A stretch of DNA of 64,000 nucleotides from an uncultured delta proteobacterium (lineage in GTDB: Bacteria > Desulfobacterota > Binatia > JACPRU01). Made by a program: the position numbers and the translations under genes. The notes under the pieces are model-generated. The model worked only from the letters and a program-made list of their open reading frames with translations. It did not search any database and was not told the DNA's origin. The stretch lies in contig CAVUWD010000016.1 in assembly GCA_963745025.1 (NCBI GenBank), positions 640,001 to 704,000 of the forward strand, read 5' to 3'. This document shows positions 9,817-21,521 of the stretch, in pieces. Position 1 is the first letter of the stretch. The number at the start of each line of letters is the position of its first letter.

Positions 9817-9894
9817 TTGACGGCGCCTGCGGTATCGTCGTAACGGCATTCGGCCCCGCTCGCTGCCGAGGCCGTAGTGGAGGGGAGGTGCATC

Positions 9895-11121
9895 ATGCAG
9901 GAGAAGCGTCCGCGCCACGTCCTCGACGGCTACCGCGTCCTCGACTTCACGCAGGTCCTCGCAGGGCCTGCGGCGACCCGGCTGCTCGTCGAGATGGGCG
10001 CCGAGGTCATCAAGGTCGAGCTGCCTCCGACGGGCGACTTCTCCCGGAACTTCCCGTTCCTGCAGGACGGACGGAGTGGTTACTACGTGCAGCAGAACCG
10101 GGGAAAGAAGAGTTTCTGCGTCGACGTGAAGCGGTCCGAAGGCCTCGCGCTCATCCAGGAGCTGATCCCCAAGGTAGACGTCCTCATCGAGAATTTCGCC
10201 CCTGGTGCGATCGGCCGCATGGGCCTCTCCTACGACGCCGTTCGCCGACTCAATCCGCGGATCGTCATGTGCTCGATCTCCGCGTTCGGGCAGACGGGCC
10301 CCCTGTCTGCCGAACCCGGATACGACTACATCGCTCAGGCGTACGCCGCGGTGACCTACATGATCGGCGATCCGGACGGACCGCCTTCGATCCCGATGCT
10401 CGGCCTCGGTGACGTCGCGACGGGAGCCCACGCGGTCGCGGCGATCGTCGCCGCTCTTCTCCACAGGGAGCGGACCGGCGAGGGACAGTACCTCGACGTC
10501 TCGATCCTCGACGCCTACTTTCACTGTCACGAGCTGAACGTACAGATCTACAGCAATTCGAAGGGAGCGGTGAAGCCGAAGCGGTCCGGGACGCAGCATC
10601 CGCAGATTTGCCCGACCGGCGTCTTCCGCGCACGCGACGGGTACCTGATCATCATGGCGTTCCTCGACCACCAGTGGCGCGCGCTGTGCGAGCTCATGGG
10701 TTGTGCGGAGCTGGTTCAGGATCCGCGGTTTGCGACCAACGCGGCGCGGCTCGAGCATCGAGATGAAGTCGTCGCGCGGATCGAGGGATGGCTCGCGTCG
10801 ATGCCGAGCGACGAGGCAGCAATGGAGGCCCTCCGGAAGGCACGGATCCCGAACGCGCCGGTCCTGTCGATCGAGCAGGCCGTGAAGCACCCGCATCACC
10901 GGGCCCGCGGAACCGTGCGGACGATCGAAGACCGGTTCCTCGGGGCGTTCGAGGTTCCGGGGTTTCCGCTGCGATTCTCCGCCTACCCGGATCGCCTCCC
11001 CCTGGACGCCCCGGTGCTCGGGGAACAGAACCGAGAGGTCCTGTCGACGTACCTCGGATACGACGCCGGGCGGATCGCCGCGCTCGAATCGGCGGGTGTC
11101 CTGGTACGCGGCGAGCGCTGA
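9895..11121 (+). CDS. class III CoA-transferase (CaiB/BaiF)
   Basis: LDGYRVLDFTQVLAGP, GAEVIKVE, NRGKKS, ENFAPG, FGQTGP, PGYD and the catalytic Asp region LGDVATG. Confidence 0.92.
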   Translation: MQEKRPRHVLDGYRVLDFTQVLAGPAATRLLVEMGAEVIKVELPPTGDFSRNFPFLQDGRSGYYVQQNRGKKSFCVDVKRSEGLALIQELIPKVDVLIENFAPGAIGRMGLSYDAVRRLNPRIVMCSISAFGQTGPLSAEPGYDYIAQAYAAVTYMIGDPDGPPSIPMLGLGDVATGAHAVAAIVAALLHRERTGEGQYLDVSILDAYFHCHELNVQIYSNSKGAVKPKRSGTQHPQICPTGVFRARDGYLIIMAFLDHQWRALCELMGCAELVQDPRFATNAARLEHRDEVVARIEGWLASMPSDEAAMEALRKARIPNAPVLSIEQAVKHPHHRARGTVRTIEDRFLGAFEVPGFPLRFSAYPDRLPLDAPVLGEQNREVLSTYLGYDAGRIAALESAGVLVRGER

Positions 11122-11288
11122 AGCACGCGCCGCTCCACGCCTGCCGCCGCGTGAGCGGAGGGACGTCGGTCACGGGCTGGACGCAGACCTGGCCTTGATC
11201 CGAGATTCCTACTCCGCTTCCCCGATCCGAAATCCGCGCGGGTCCTGTCGTCGGCGCAGCCCGCGCGGTGCTCGCTGGCGGCCCCACC

Positions 11289-11460
11289 GCGCGCAATTAC
11301 CAGTGCATCGGTATGCGCGACGATCTGCTTCTCGCAAACCTCGGCATGCATCTCGGTGCGCTCGACGTGGCACCCGTGTGGGTTCGTCGCGGCTCTTGGC
11401 TCAGCGTCGACCTCACGATTTTCATGATCGTCGCGTGATGACGGCGCGCATTGTCCCGAG
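11289..11460 (+). pseudogene. degenerate internal fragment of an NnrS-like gene
   Basis: Reads ARNYQ...LLLANLGMHLGALDVAPVWVRRGSWLSVDLTIFMIV, then after a frameshift VMTARIVP. This matches the NnrS RNY...AN..HL...GRIxP segment (compare VGGRITP in 378..1556). Confidence 0.45.
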
Positions 11461-11494
11461 GCGGTCGCGGTGCGCTCGCTGACCGCGCCGCGCT

Positions 11495-11878
11495 TCACTG
11501 CGTATCACGGGCGCGCGCCTGCGCGTAGCCCGAATACTGCGGCTGGTCGATCGCGAGTTTCTCCAGCGTGGTTGCGCGCAGATGCTGCGCGACGCCCGGG
11601 TCATCGATGCCGAGTTCCCGGTCGCGCAGGCGCCGGGCAAATTCCGCGTTCAAATCGGCAAGACTGCCGTCGTGGCCGAGGATCGCGACAAGCCGGCCGC
11701 GCTCGGCTGCGGCAAACGCCGGTGCGAGTTCCAGTTCGCGCTGCACGATATCGAGCGACTTCAACGCGACCATGAGATTGAAGGCCTTGTTGCCTTTGAG
11801 CTCGGGCTTGATCTCGTGTTCGAGAAACGCCTTGACGGCGCCGACCAGCTGCGCCGCGGTGGGTTTGTTCTGGGTCAT
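11495..11878 (-). CDS. DUF6285-like small protein (LvaB-like kinase partner)
   Basis: PTAAQLVGAVKAFL...LDIVQREL...KLAIDQPQY, located directly downstream of an APH kinase. Confidence 0.8.
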   Translation of the reverse strand: MTQNKPTAAQLVGAVKAFLEHEIKPELKGNKAFNLMVALKSLDIVQRELELAPAFAAAERGRLVAILGHDGSLADLNAEFARRLRDRELGIDDPGVAQHLRATTLEKLAIDQPQYSGYAQARARDTQ

Positions 11879-11885
11879 GACGTGC

Positions 11886-12887
11886 TCATGTCAGCAGGTT
11901 GAGGATGTCGATCTCCGACTCACACGTGCGCCGGCCAACATACGCGAGCTCGATCGCCCCGTCCGATCCCGATTCGTGGCGCGCGACGAACAGCTTGCAA
12001 ATCAAACCGTACTTGAGACAGGCGAACACCTCCCAGAAACGCACGTGGTTGCGGTCGACTGGGGCGCCGCCGGCTTCCTCGTACGCCGCGTAGACCGCCT
12101 CGCGCTCGCCGAAACCGCCCGCCGGAAGGGGGCTGTCGAAGCGCCAGACATTGATGCACAGCCATCCGAGGTCCTCCATGGGATCGCCGACGTGCGAAAA
12201 CTCCCAGTCGATCACGGCGCGGATTCCGTCGGGGCCGACGACGAAATTGCCGTTGCGATAATCGCCGTGCACGAGCACGGGCAGCGCGGGCGGCGGTTCG
12301 TGATCCTCGAGCCAGCGGATGGCCGCGTCGAACACCGGGTGTGGTTCGTGGAAATCACGATAAATGCCGCGGAACTTTGCCACCAGCGCAGCGGCCGGCA
12401 GCAGCGGCAGGTCCGCGATACCGCGCGTGTCGGCGCGCTGGATCGCGGCGAGGATCCGGCCGCATTGGGCGGTCATCGCGGCGCGTGCGCCGGCATACTC
12501 GGCATCCCGTAGGATGCGGCGCGGGAAGGTTTCCCCGGCGACGCGCTCCATGAGGTAACCCGCGCCGAGCCCATCGGACGGCCGCAGCACGTAACGTACC
12601 AGCGGCGAGGGCACGCCAGCCGCCGCGGCGCGCCGGATCAACTCGGCCTCGGTCGCCATCGGCACGCTGATGGTCCACGCCGCGCATTGGAGGTTGGTCG
12701 GCGCACGCCGCAGGATCAGCGGTAACGGGCCGTCGGCGCCGACGCCGTCGAACGCCCAGTTCTCCTGCGTCCCGCCACCCGAGAGCCGCGCGAGGCCGAC
12801 GATCCCGTGTACGCCGGGCAGGGCCTTGCGGACCACCGCAGTGAGCGCGGTTTCGACTTGGCCGGTGCTCGAAGGATGTGCAACCAT
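11886..12887 (-). CDS. APH-family phosphotransferase (LvaA/ACAD10-kinase-like)
   Basis: [44 protein letters not shown] and WRF motifs. Confidence 0.9.
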   Translation of the reverse strand: MVAHPSSTGQVETALTAVVRKALPGVHGIVGLARLSGGGTQENWAFDGVGADGPLPLILRRAPTNLQCAAWTISVPMATEAELIRRAAAAGVPSPLVRYVLRPSDGLGAGYLMERVAGETFPRRILRDAEYAGARAAMTAQCGRILAAIQRADTRGIADLPLLPAAALVAKFRGIYRDFHEPHPVFDAAIRWLEDHEPPPALPVLVHGDYRNGNFVVGPDGIRAVIDWEFSHVGDPMEDLGWLCINVWRFDSPLPAGGFGEREAVYAAYEEAGGAPVDRNHVRFWEVFACLKYGLICKLFVARHESGSDGAIELAYVGRRTCESEIDILNLLT

Positions 12888-13025
12888 CGGTCTCCCGCCG
12901 GGACGGTCGCTTCGCCTGCCGCCGTTGCTCGAATTATGGCATCATGGACCTGCTTCGGGCCGGGCGGCCATGGCTGTAGACCGGCGGTAAAAGTAACACA
13001 CTACGCAGGGCAGGGGGAGACGGGC

Positions 13026-14240
<1,215 letters not shown>

Positions 14241-14413
14241 AAACTCCCCTGCGGGGCCCGCAGCGTGGGCCGCTCCGGCGCTGCGGTTTGCAAGCAAGAA
14301 AGTACGCGTTGTATTGCTTGAGCCGCTGGTGTGTCGCAATCCACTACCTGGCGCATGCCAGCGTGCGAATACAAGCGCTTGAGTGCTGCGCTAAACGAGG
14401 AAGGAGCAGAAAC

Positions 14414-14887
14414 ATGGATCTCGCGGAAATGGAGCGACGGCTAATCCGGCTGGAAGACATCGAGGCGATTAAACAGCTCAAGGCCAGATATTGTGAAATC
14501 TGCGACGACGATCACAATCCGGATCGGATCACTTCGGTGTTTGTCGAAGATGGTATCTGGGAGAGCGCAGAGTTTGGGACCGGCAGAGGTCATGCGGAGA
14601 TTCGAAAACTTTTCCAGGGTTTCCAAGAGCTCATCGAATTCTCGCAGCATAACGTGATGAACCCGATCATCGAGGTACACGGCGACCAGGCGACCGGGGA
14701 ATGGTACTTCATGGGCCCGTTCAGGTTTCGCGACGGCCATCAGCCGAAATGGATCGCGCTTCAGTACAAGGACGACTACGTAAAGCTCAACGGCCAGTGG
14801 AAGTACAAGCATCTGAGGATCAACCTGCGATTGCTGGCTTCCTATGACGAGGGTTGGGCCAAGCAGCTTGTCTCCGCTGTCAAATGA
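14414..14887 (+). CDS. NTF2/SnoaL-like protein (LinA/BaiE-type dehydratase fold)
   Basis: RLEDIEAIKQLKARYC...FVEDGIW...HNVMNPIIEVHGDQATGEWY...Y.D.Y....GQWK. AGGAG RBS. Confidence 0.85.
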   Translation: MDLAEMERRLIRLEDIEAIKQLKARYCEICDDDHNPDRITSVFVEDGIWESAEFGTGRGHAEIRKLFQGFQELIEFSQHNVMNPIIEVHGDQATGEWYFMGPFRFRDGHQPKWIALQYKDDYVKLNGQWKYKHLRINLRLLASYDEGWAKQLVSAVK

Positions 14888-14917
14888 AAGTTGACTACGA
14901 ATTGTAAGGAGGCGCGC

Positions 14918-15949
14918 ATGCGACTAGCTTACATGCCCGATACTCATTTTGGCGGCTACGCACAGAAGATTCCTGGACGCCGCGAAGTCTCGCAGGCAAC
15001 CGAGCAACTGCTGGACGAAGCCGAAACGGCCGAGCGCGTAGGCTTCGATGGCATTTGGCTGCCGGAGCGTCACGCTCGAACCGAAACTTTCTTTCCATCA
15101 ACGATCGTGCTTGCCACTGCCATAGCCGCACGCACGTCCCGCGTTCACGTCGCCACGACAGTTATCCAGCCCACGTATCACCATCCGGTCCATCTTGCAG
15201 AGCAGCTGGCCATGATCGATCAGCTCTCCAAGGGAAGGCTCATCTTTGGCGCCGGTGTGGGTTATCATGCCGACTACTTCCGACTGTTTGGCGTTCCGAT
15301 GAAGCGGCGTGAGGCTCGCTTCGAAGAGTCGCTGAAAGTAATCGAGGGTGTCTGGACTCAAGACCACTTTTCTTTTACGGGGCAGTTTTACGAATTTGAC
15401 AACATCCTCTTGACTCCCAAGCCGTACCAACGTCCTCGTCCCCCGATCTGGATCGGAGCGTTCTACGACAAGGCGATCGAGCGCGCGCTCGACTGGGACG
15501 GGTGGGTCTGGTGGTTCCCCAGCGAGCTTGAGAGTGCGGCGCAGAAGATCGAATATTGGCGAGAGAAAGCCTACAAACGAGGGAGAAAGAACTGGTGTGT
15601 CGGGCTCGCCTACGAAGGCTGGATTGGAGATGACGAAGCCGAGGTGCGAAGATTACATGGCCATCGCTGGGTCAGCGAACTACAATTTTACGAGCAGCAC
15701 GGTATGACGCCCGACATTGAGGAGCAGCCCACGACGCGACTGGAAAACCAATTCCTCATTCTGGGGCCTGCGCAGAAATGGATCGATAAATTGGGCGAAG
15801 TGCGGGAACGCCTCAAACCGGACTACGTCTGTATTCGGACGCGCAATCCGCGACCGCCTTCCGGCTACTACCCGGACAGGACGGAATTTCTGGAATGTCT
15901 CACCAGGTTGGGGGAAGAAGTCATTCGCTACTTCCAAACCCGAATATGA
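14918..15949 (+). CDS. LLM-class flavin-dependent oxidoreductase
   Basis: AERVGFDGIWLPERH, HPVHLAEQLAMIDQLSKGR and PKPYQRPRPPIWIG motifs. Confidence 0.9.
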   Translation: MRLAYMPDTHFGGYAQKIPGRREVSQATEQLLDEAETAERVGFDGIWLPERHARTETFFPSTIVLATAIAARTSRVHVATTVIQPTYHHPVHLAEQLAMIDQLSKGRLIFGAGVGYHADYFRLFGVPMKRREARFEESLKVIEGVWTQDHFSFTGQFYEFDNILLTPKPYQRPRPPIWIGAFYDKAIERALDWDGWVWWFPSELESAAQKIEYWREKAYKRGRKNWCVGLAYEGWIGDDEAEVRRLHGHRWVSELQFYEQHGMTPDIEEQPTTRLENQFLILGPAQKWIDKLGEVRERLKPDYVCIRTRNPRPPSGYYPDRTEFLECLTRLGEEVIRYFQTRI

Positions 15950-16200
15950 CCAGCTGATGGCTTTGACAGGAGCCAGCCGTTGCAGACGCGATGCCGCGGC
16001 ATCACCATCTTCGTGGTCCAGCCGCCGCGGTCGCTGTAGATCCTCGAGGCCTTCACCGGCGAGACCTGGCCGCCATCGACTGGGATCTCGGCGAGCAGCC
16101 GTGCTCGCCCGGGGAGCCCGGGTGGGCGCTTGGGTAGCGCGGCAAACCGACGGTCATGGCGCTACCTTTGTCTGAGGACGTCGACCGTGGCATCCCCGGC

Positions 16201-16962
16201 CTACTGCGCCGTCAGCGCGCCGTCTACCGCCATCGCACATCCGGTCACGAACGATGCGTGGTCGGAGCATAGCCAAAGTGCCGCCTCGGCAATCTCCTCA
16301 GGCTTGCCCTTGCGCCCGATCGGCTCGACGCTCACCAGGCGTTGATCCATCTTCGGGCGGCCTGCCACCAGCCGCTCCACCATCGGCGTGTCGATCACGC
16401 CCGGGCATACGGCGTTCACACGAATGCCGTCCTTGCTGTACTCGAGCCCTGCGACCTTGGTCAGGCCGACGACGCCATGCTTGGCTGCGGTGTAAGCCGG
16501 CATCCCGTGCGATCCCACTAGACCTGCGGTCGAGGCGGTGTTGACGATCGCGCCACCGGTCCCCTGCGTCAGCATCTGGCGGATCTCATATTTCATGCAC
16601 AAAAAGACGCCTTTCAGATCGATCGCAATCACCCGGTCGAAATTCTCTTCGGTGTCGTCAGCCAAGTGGAGCGTTTGACCCTCGATCCCCGCGTTGTTGA
16701 AGGCGCAATCGATTCGCCCGTACCGTTTCACTACTGCGTTGATCAGCGCCCCGACTTCGCCCGACTTCGAGACATCGCACTGAACGAACTCGACTTCCCC
16801 TCCCACCTTACGCACCATGTTGGCGGTCTCTTCACCGGCCTCGGCCACCACGTCGGCAATGCTGAGCTTGGCGCCTTCGCGCGTGAACGCGAGTGCCGCT
16901 GCCCTGCCGATACCCGAAGCCGCGCCGGTAATGAGCGCGATTTTGCGATCGAGTAGTCCCAT
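16201..16962 (-). CDS. SDR family NAD(P)-dependent oxidoreductase
   Basis: TGAASGIG, FNNAG, catalytic YTAAK and VNAVCPGVIDT motifs. Confidence 0.93.
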   Translation of the reverse strand: MGLLDRKIALITGAASGIGRAAALAFTREGAKLSIADVVAEAGEETANMVRKVGGEVEFVQCDVSKSGEVGALINAVVKRYGRIDCAFNNAGIEGQTLHLADDTEENFDRVIAIDLKGVFLCMKYEIRQMLTQGTGGAIVNTASTAGLVGSHGMPAYTAAKHGVVGLTKVAGLEYSKDGIRVNAVCPGVIDTPMVERLVAGRPKMDQRLVSVEPIGRKGKPEEIAEAALWLCSDHASFVTGCAMAVDGALTAQ

Positions 16963-17417
16963 CTTGGCTCCCCATTGGTTGAAGCGTGTCGCGTGGCGAC
17001 GATTCGCCGAACCGCGCCGCCAGATTCTACGACATTCTATCATCCCGTCAAGGAATGCCACCGAAGCGCCCCGGCAAAAGTAATTGTCGCTGATCACGGC
17101 GGGTCTCCACCGCCGCAATGTGCACCGACGGCAGATCCATCCGGCACGAGCTCTCGGATGACGGGGACTTGGCAGCCAAGCGGGTGAGCAGCCGTTCACA
17201 CGCTGGCGCTATCGCGCGAGTTTGACCCAGTTTGACCCTGGACCGTCACCTCTACACGGAAAGCCCTCTTCCAAGGGATTCGATTTTTGGTTGTCTCTTC
17301 GGCGATTCGTGGGATATCCTACATCGCGTCTGCCCACTTGCGGCCCGATGCTTCAAAACCCTAAGATCTTGCGTCAGCTACACGATTCCCGGAAGCACCG
17401 ACAAGAGAAACTCGATC

Positions 17418-18608
17418 ATGGCCTTTGAACGTCACGATACCCTGCGCGGCAAGACGGCCGTCATCGGCGTAGGATTGTCCGAGGTCGGCCGCGTTCCCGG
17501 CAGGAGCCCGTTGTTGCTCGCCGCCGACGCAGCCAGAAAAGCGTTGGCCGATGCCGGCATCAGTAGAGACCAGGTCGACGGTGTACTGGCAAGCAGCGCC
17601 TTCGCGTCACCATTCCATCGCTTCAGCGTCGCCTTCAGCGAGTATTTCGGCATTCAGCCGACGTTCTCGAATACCTTGCAGGTGTCGGGCGCCACCGCGG
17701 CCACAATGTTCAACATCGCGGCGGCAGCGATCGCCGGAGGATTGGCGGAAGCCGTACTGGTGGTAGGGGGCGACAGTCTGCTGACCGGCTTGTCGCCGGA
17801 TCTCGCGTTGCGCTCTATGACCGAGAGCCGCGACCAGCAGTACGAAATGCCTTTCGGCATTCCGGTCGCCAATACGTTCGCCATGACCGCGCATCGGCAC
17901 ATGAAGGAGTTCGGCACCACGCCCGAGCAACTGGCAAAGGTGGCGGTCATCCAGCGCGAACATGCGCGACGCACGCCCGGCGCGCAGATGACCAAGCCTA
18001 TTACGGTCGACGATGTGCTCACGTCCGGCATGGTTACTTCACCCTACCACAAGCTCGATTGCTCGCTGATCTCGGATGGAGGCGCGGCCTTCATCGTCAC
18101 GTCAGCTGACCGAGCCAAGTCACTCGGGATCAGGATGCCGGTCTACGTCCTCGGCTGCGGCGAGTGCTACACCCATGAACATATTTTCCTGATGCCTTCG
18201 CTGACCACGACGGGCGCCGTCCAATCCAGCCGCAAGGCATACGAGATGGCCGGTTACGGTCCGGCCGACATGGATGTCGCCGGCGTGTATGACTGCTTTA
18301 CCGGCACCGTCATCATGATGCTGGAAGACCTCGGCTTTTGCCCGAAGGGCGAGGGCGGCCGTTTCGTCGAGGACGGTCAGATGACCTACGGCGGAGCGAT
18401 TCCTTGCAACACGCATGGCGGTTTGCTTGCTTTTGCACATTCTGGCGTGCCGGGTGGCTTGTTCCATTTCTACGAAACGATTCGGCAGCTGCGAGGCGAG
18501 TGCGGAGAACGGCAGGTTGCGGATGCTACGCTGGGCCTGGTGCACAGCCTCGGTGCGGGGTTTGCGACTAATGCGACGACGATTCTGGGTACGGAGGCCA
18601 CGTTATGA
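17418..18608 (+). CDS. SCP-x-type thiolase-family protein
   Basis: AVIGVG, DCSLISDGGAA, YDCFT and NTHGGLL motifs, paired with a DUF35 gene. Confidence 0.88.
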   Translation: MAFERHDTLRGKTAVIGVGLSEVGRVPGRSPLLLAADAARKALADAGISRDQVDGVLASSAFASPFHRFSVAFSEYFGIQPTFSNTLQVSGATAATMFNIAAAAIAGGLAEAVLVVGGDSLLTGLSPDLALRSMTESRDQQYEMPFGIPVANTFAMTAHRHMKEFGTTPEQLAKVAVIQREHARRTPGAQMTKPITVDDVLTSGMVTSPYHKLDCSLISDGGAAFIVTSADRAKSLGIRMPVYVLGCGECYTHEHIFLMPSLTTTGAVQSSRKAYEMAGYGPADMDVAGVYDCFTGTVIMMLEDLGFCPKGEGGRFVEDGQMTYGGAIPCNTHGGLLAFAHSGVPGGLFHFYETIRQLRGECGERQVADATLGLVHSLGAGFATNATTILGTEATL

Positions 18609-19024
18609 TCAAGCCGGAAGAGGCGCTGATCAAGCCCTTGCCTATTCCGGACGGCGACACTGCCGTGTTCTGGAAGGCATTGAGTCGGGGCGAGCTGCTG
18701 CTGCAGCATTGCCTCGATTGCCGGCACGTCCATTACTACCAGCAGGGCATCTGCCGGAACTGCGGCTCGGCGCGGCTCGAACACCGGCCCGCCAGCGGAC
18801 GGGGCAAGGTGTATTCGTACAGCGTCGTCTATCGCGCGCCGGGGCCCGCGTTTAAGAATGATACGCCGTATGCTGTGCTGCTCGTGGAGCTGGAGGAGGG
18901 GCCGCGCATGATCAGTTCTCTCGTGGGCGGCAATCCTGAACAGGTGACCTTCGACATGCCGGTGCAGCTGGTGTGCGAGAAGGTCAGTGATGAAATTGCG
19001 CTGCCGCGATTCAAGCCGGCTTGA
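18605..19024 (+). CDS. Zn-ribbon/OB-fold protein (DUF35)
   Basis: CLDC...CRNC Zn ribbon, SGRGKVYSYSVV and VELEEGPRM. Overlaps the thiolase stop (ATGA coupling). Confidence 0.9.
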   Translation: MIKPEEALIKPLPIPDGDTAVFWKALSRGELLLQHCLDCRHVHYYQQGICRNCGSARLEHRPASGRGKVYSYSVVYRAPGPAFKNDTPYAVLLVELEEGPRMISSLVGGNPEQVTFDMPVQLVCEKVSDEIALPRFKPA

Positions 19025-19200
19025 GCCATGCGCACTCTGGACTCACCTCCCCCGCCATGCGCAGCTTTGCATAGCCGCGGGATTTCCACTCTTGTAATGC
19101 GCTAGAAGAAGCGCCGGAGGCGAGGCGCGATGCGATTACTTTGTCGCGCCGGCGCGGTGCACGGAAAGCCTCGAGCGCGTCGACGGTTTGACGGGCGAGG

Positions 19201-19983
19201 CTATTTGCCTTGCCAGACTGGCTTGCGTTTGTCCGCGAACGCGCGCGGGCCTTCCATCGCATCGGCACTACGGTAGACCGGCTCGTGGAATGCCATCGCA
19301 GCCTTGAAGCCTTCCTCGCAGCCTAGGCTCATGGCGGCGAGCACCGACTGTTTTGCAGCCCTCACCGACAGCGGCGCATTGTCACGGATCGACGCGGCGA
19401 GTGCCCTTGCGCATTGGCGCACGGCGTCGGGCGTCGCTTCGACGTGGTTGACGAAACCCAGGGCCTGTAGTCGCTCGATCGGCATCAATTCGCCGGTGAG
19501 CACCAGTTCCATCAGTATCGGCTGCGGCATCATCGACACCAGGGGCACAGCCCACGGAGAGCCACGTCCCATTTTGACTTCGGTGATGCCGAGGCGGGTC
19601 CCTGCCAGTCCCACGCGCAAATCGGAATTCAGCGACAGCAGCATGCCGCCGGCAGTCGCATGACCTGTCATCGCCGCGATGATCGGCTGCCGCACGCGCC
19701 GCATGCGCTGATGCATGGGATCCTTGATCAGGGTGAGCACGTCCTTCCCTTGTTCCTCCTGGATGCGCGCCGCCTCCTTGAGGTCCATACCGGCGCAAAA
19801 GGTGCCGCAGTCTGCGGAAGTGATGATGACCGCGTGGATCGATGCGGACGCATCCACCGCTTCCCACAGTTCATGAAGCCGGTTGGCCGCGCTTACGGAC
19901 AAGGCGTTGCGTGCTTCGGGTCGGTTGAGCACGATGGTGGCGATGCCATCCACCTCCTCGAACAGGACGTCGTTGTTACTCAT
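19201..19983 (-). CDS. enoyl-CoA hydratase/isomerase family protein
   Basis: LNRPEARNAL, FCAGMDLKE, PIIAA, EVKMG and EGPRAFADKRKPVWQGK motifs. Confidence 0.92.
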   Translation of the reverse strand: MSNNDVLFEEVDGIATIVLNRPEARNALSVSAANRLHELWEAVDASASIHAVIITSADCGTFCAGMDLKEAARIQEEQGKDVLTLIKDPMHQRMRRVRQPIIAAMTGHATAGGMLLSLNSDLRVGLAGTRLGITEVKMGRGSPWAVPLVSMMPQPILMELVLTGELMPIERLQALGFVNHVEATPDAVRQCARALAASIRDNAPLSVRAAKQSVLAAMSLGCEEGFKAAMAFHEPVYRSADAMEGPRAFADKRKPVWQGK

Positions 19984-20033
19984 GGAAACCTCGATTGGTG
20001 TTCAACTCGGAGTGGCTCGACGTAGCGTGCACT

Positions 20034-20468
20034 TCATGACGGACCGCGCCGCGGCCCCGAACTGGAGCGCGGCCGCGCGAACTCGAGGTAGCGGGGATTG
20101 GCGACCTCGAGCTTGCGGACGGCCATCTTGCGGAGCGCCTGCAGGACACGCGAGCGCCCTACCCCCGAATCCATCTCCCCAGTGCGGATCCGCTCCACGA
20201 GAAGGCAATTCAACCGCACGACCTCCTCGCGGAGGGCTCGGTCGCCGCGGGCACGCGGACGGGCCTCGCCAAGGAGCGCCGCGAGATCCTCCGCTTCCTC
20301 GCGGAGGTGGCGTTCGCCGAGGTCGATCTCGCGGGCGACGATGCGCAGTACGTTGGCGACGACGCGTATCTTGTAGCGGAGCGAGCCTTTGGCGACCTCG
20401 ACCACCTCCCCCGCCAGGAACTCGGCGGCGGCTTCGAGGAGCTCGATGGCGGTTGGACGATCCTGCAC
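20034..20468 (-). CDS. DUF6285-like small protein (second LvaB-like copy)
   Basis: MQDRPTAIELLEAAAEFL...ANVLRIVAREI...KLEVANPRY, downstream of an APH kinase. Confidence 0.8.
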   Translation of the reverse strand: MQDRPTAIELLEAAAEFLAGEVVEVAKGSLRYKIRVVANVLRIVAREIDLGERHLREEAEDLAALLGEARPRARGDRALREEVVRLNCLLVERIRTGEMDSGVGRSRVLQALRKMAVRKLEVANPRYLEFARPRSSSGPRRGPS

Positions 20469-20471
20469 GGG

Positions 20472-21509
20472 TCAACCTTCCTCGATCAGCTCGAGCAGCT
20501 CGAGTTCGTTCTCGGCCGCCCGGCGACCGATGGCCGCGAGCTCGACGTCGCGCCGGTACCCGTCCAGGTGGTTTCGCGCCTGAAGGATCGTGATCACCAC
20601 CCAGCGCAGGTTCGCGAACACCTCCCAGAAGCGGATCGCGCCACGATCAACCGGCTCTCCCCCAGCCCTCTCGTACTCCTCGAGGAAGTCCTCCAGGCGG
20701 CAGAGCCCACCGACCTCGCGTTCGTCCACGCCGAAGCGCCAGGTCCGCAGGCTCAGCCACGAGATGTCCTCCATCGGGTCGCCGAAGTGCGCGCCCTCCC
20801 AGTCGAGAATCGCCCGGATCCCTTCCGGGCCGTAGACGAAGTTTCCCACGCGGAAGTCGCCGTGCACCAGACCGCGCCGACTCGTCGACGGAACGTTGCC
20901 GAGCAGCCAACGAAAGCCGACCTCGAGCACGGGACGGGGCTCCGTGGCGAAGCGGCGGAACAGGGCCTGGTTGTGGAGCACGCTGCCGAGGGCCGGCGAC
21001 TTCCCCATCTGCCGGAGCGTCTCGAGCCCGCGGGTGGCGACGTCGAGGCGATGGAGCCGCGCGAGCGCCGCCGCGAGCTGCCGCGGTGCGGCTTCCCGGG
21101 CATGCGCGTACTTCTCTCCGCGAAGCAAGGGGCCGGGCGCGGTCTCGCCATCGATCCGCTTCATCACGAAGAACGGCGAGCCGAGGAGTAGGGGGTCCGA
21201 CGAGCACCAAAGCCCCTCCGGCACCGGAACGCCCGCCTGGCGGACCGCCTGCAACACCTGGAACTCCTCCGGCCGGCTGACGCTGTCGAGGCAGCTCGCC
21301 GGGGGATCGCAGCGCGCGATCAGAGCCTGCCGCTCCACTCGCCCGTCCTTCTCGAACACGGCCTCGAAGCTCCAGTGCGGTCGCGAGGTCCCGCCGCCGG
21401 CGCGAGCTAGGTTCTCGACCACGACGTGGTCGAAGCCCTGCTTCGCAATGAAGGTCGCGAGGGCGCGTGCGACATCGCCCTCCGTGCCCTCGGGCGTTCG
21501 CGCGGTCAG
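20472..21509 (-). CDS. APH-family phosphotransferase (second LvaA-like copy), probable CTG start
   Basis: GGGTSR, FFVMKRIDGE, LVHGDFRVGN and LDWEGAHFGDPMED motifs. The frame stays open above the GTG at 21422 up to a CTG at 21509 with GAGGAG upstream. Confidence 0.85.
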   Translation of the reverse strand: MTARTPEGTEGDVARALATFIAKQGFDHVVVENLARAGGGTSRPHWSFEAVFEKDGRVERQALIARCDPPASCLDSVSRPEEFQVLQAVRQAGVPVPEGLWCSSDPLLLGSPFFVMKRIDGETAPGPLLRGEKYAHAREAAPRQLAAALARLHRLDVATRGLETLRQMGKSPALGSVLHNQALFRRFATEPRPVLEVGFRWLLGNVPSTSRRGLVHGDFRVGNFVYGPEGIRAILDWEGAHFGDPMEDISWLSLRTWRFGVDEREVGGLCRLEDFLEEYERAGGEPVDRGAIRFWEVFANLRWVVITILQARNHLDGYRRDVELAAIGRRAAENELELLELIEEG

Positions 21510-21521
21510 CCGAGTCTCTCC

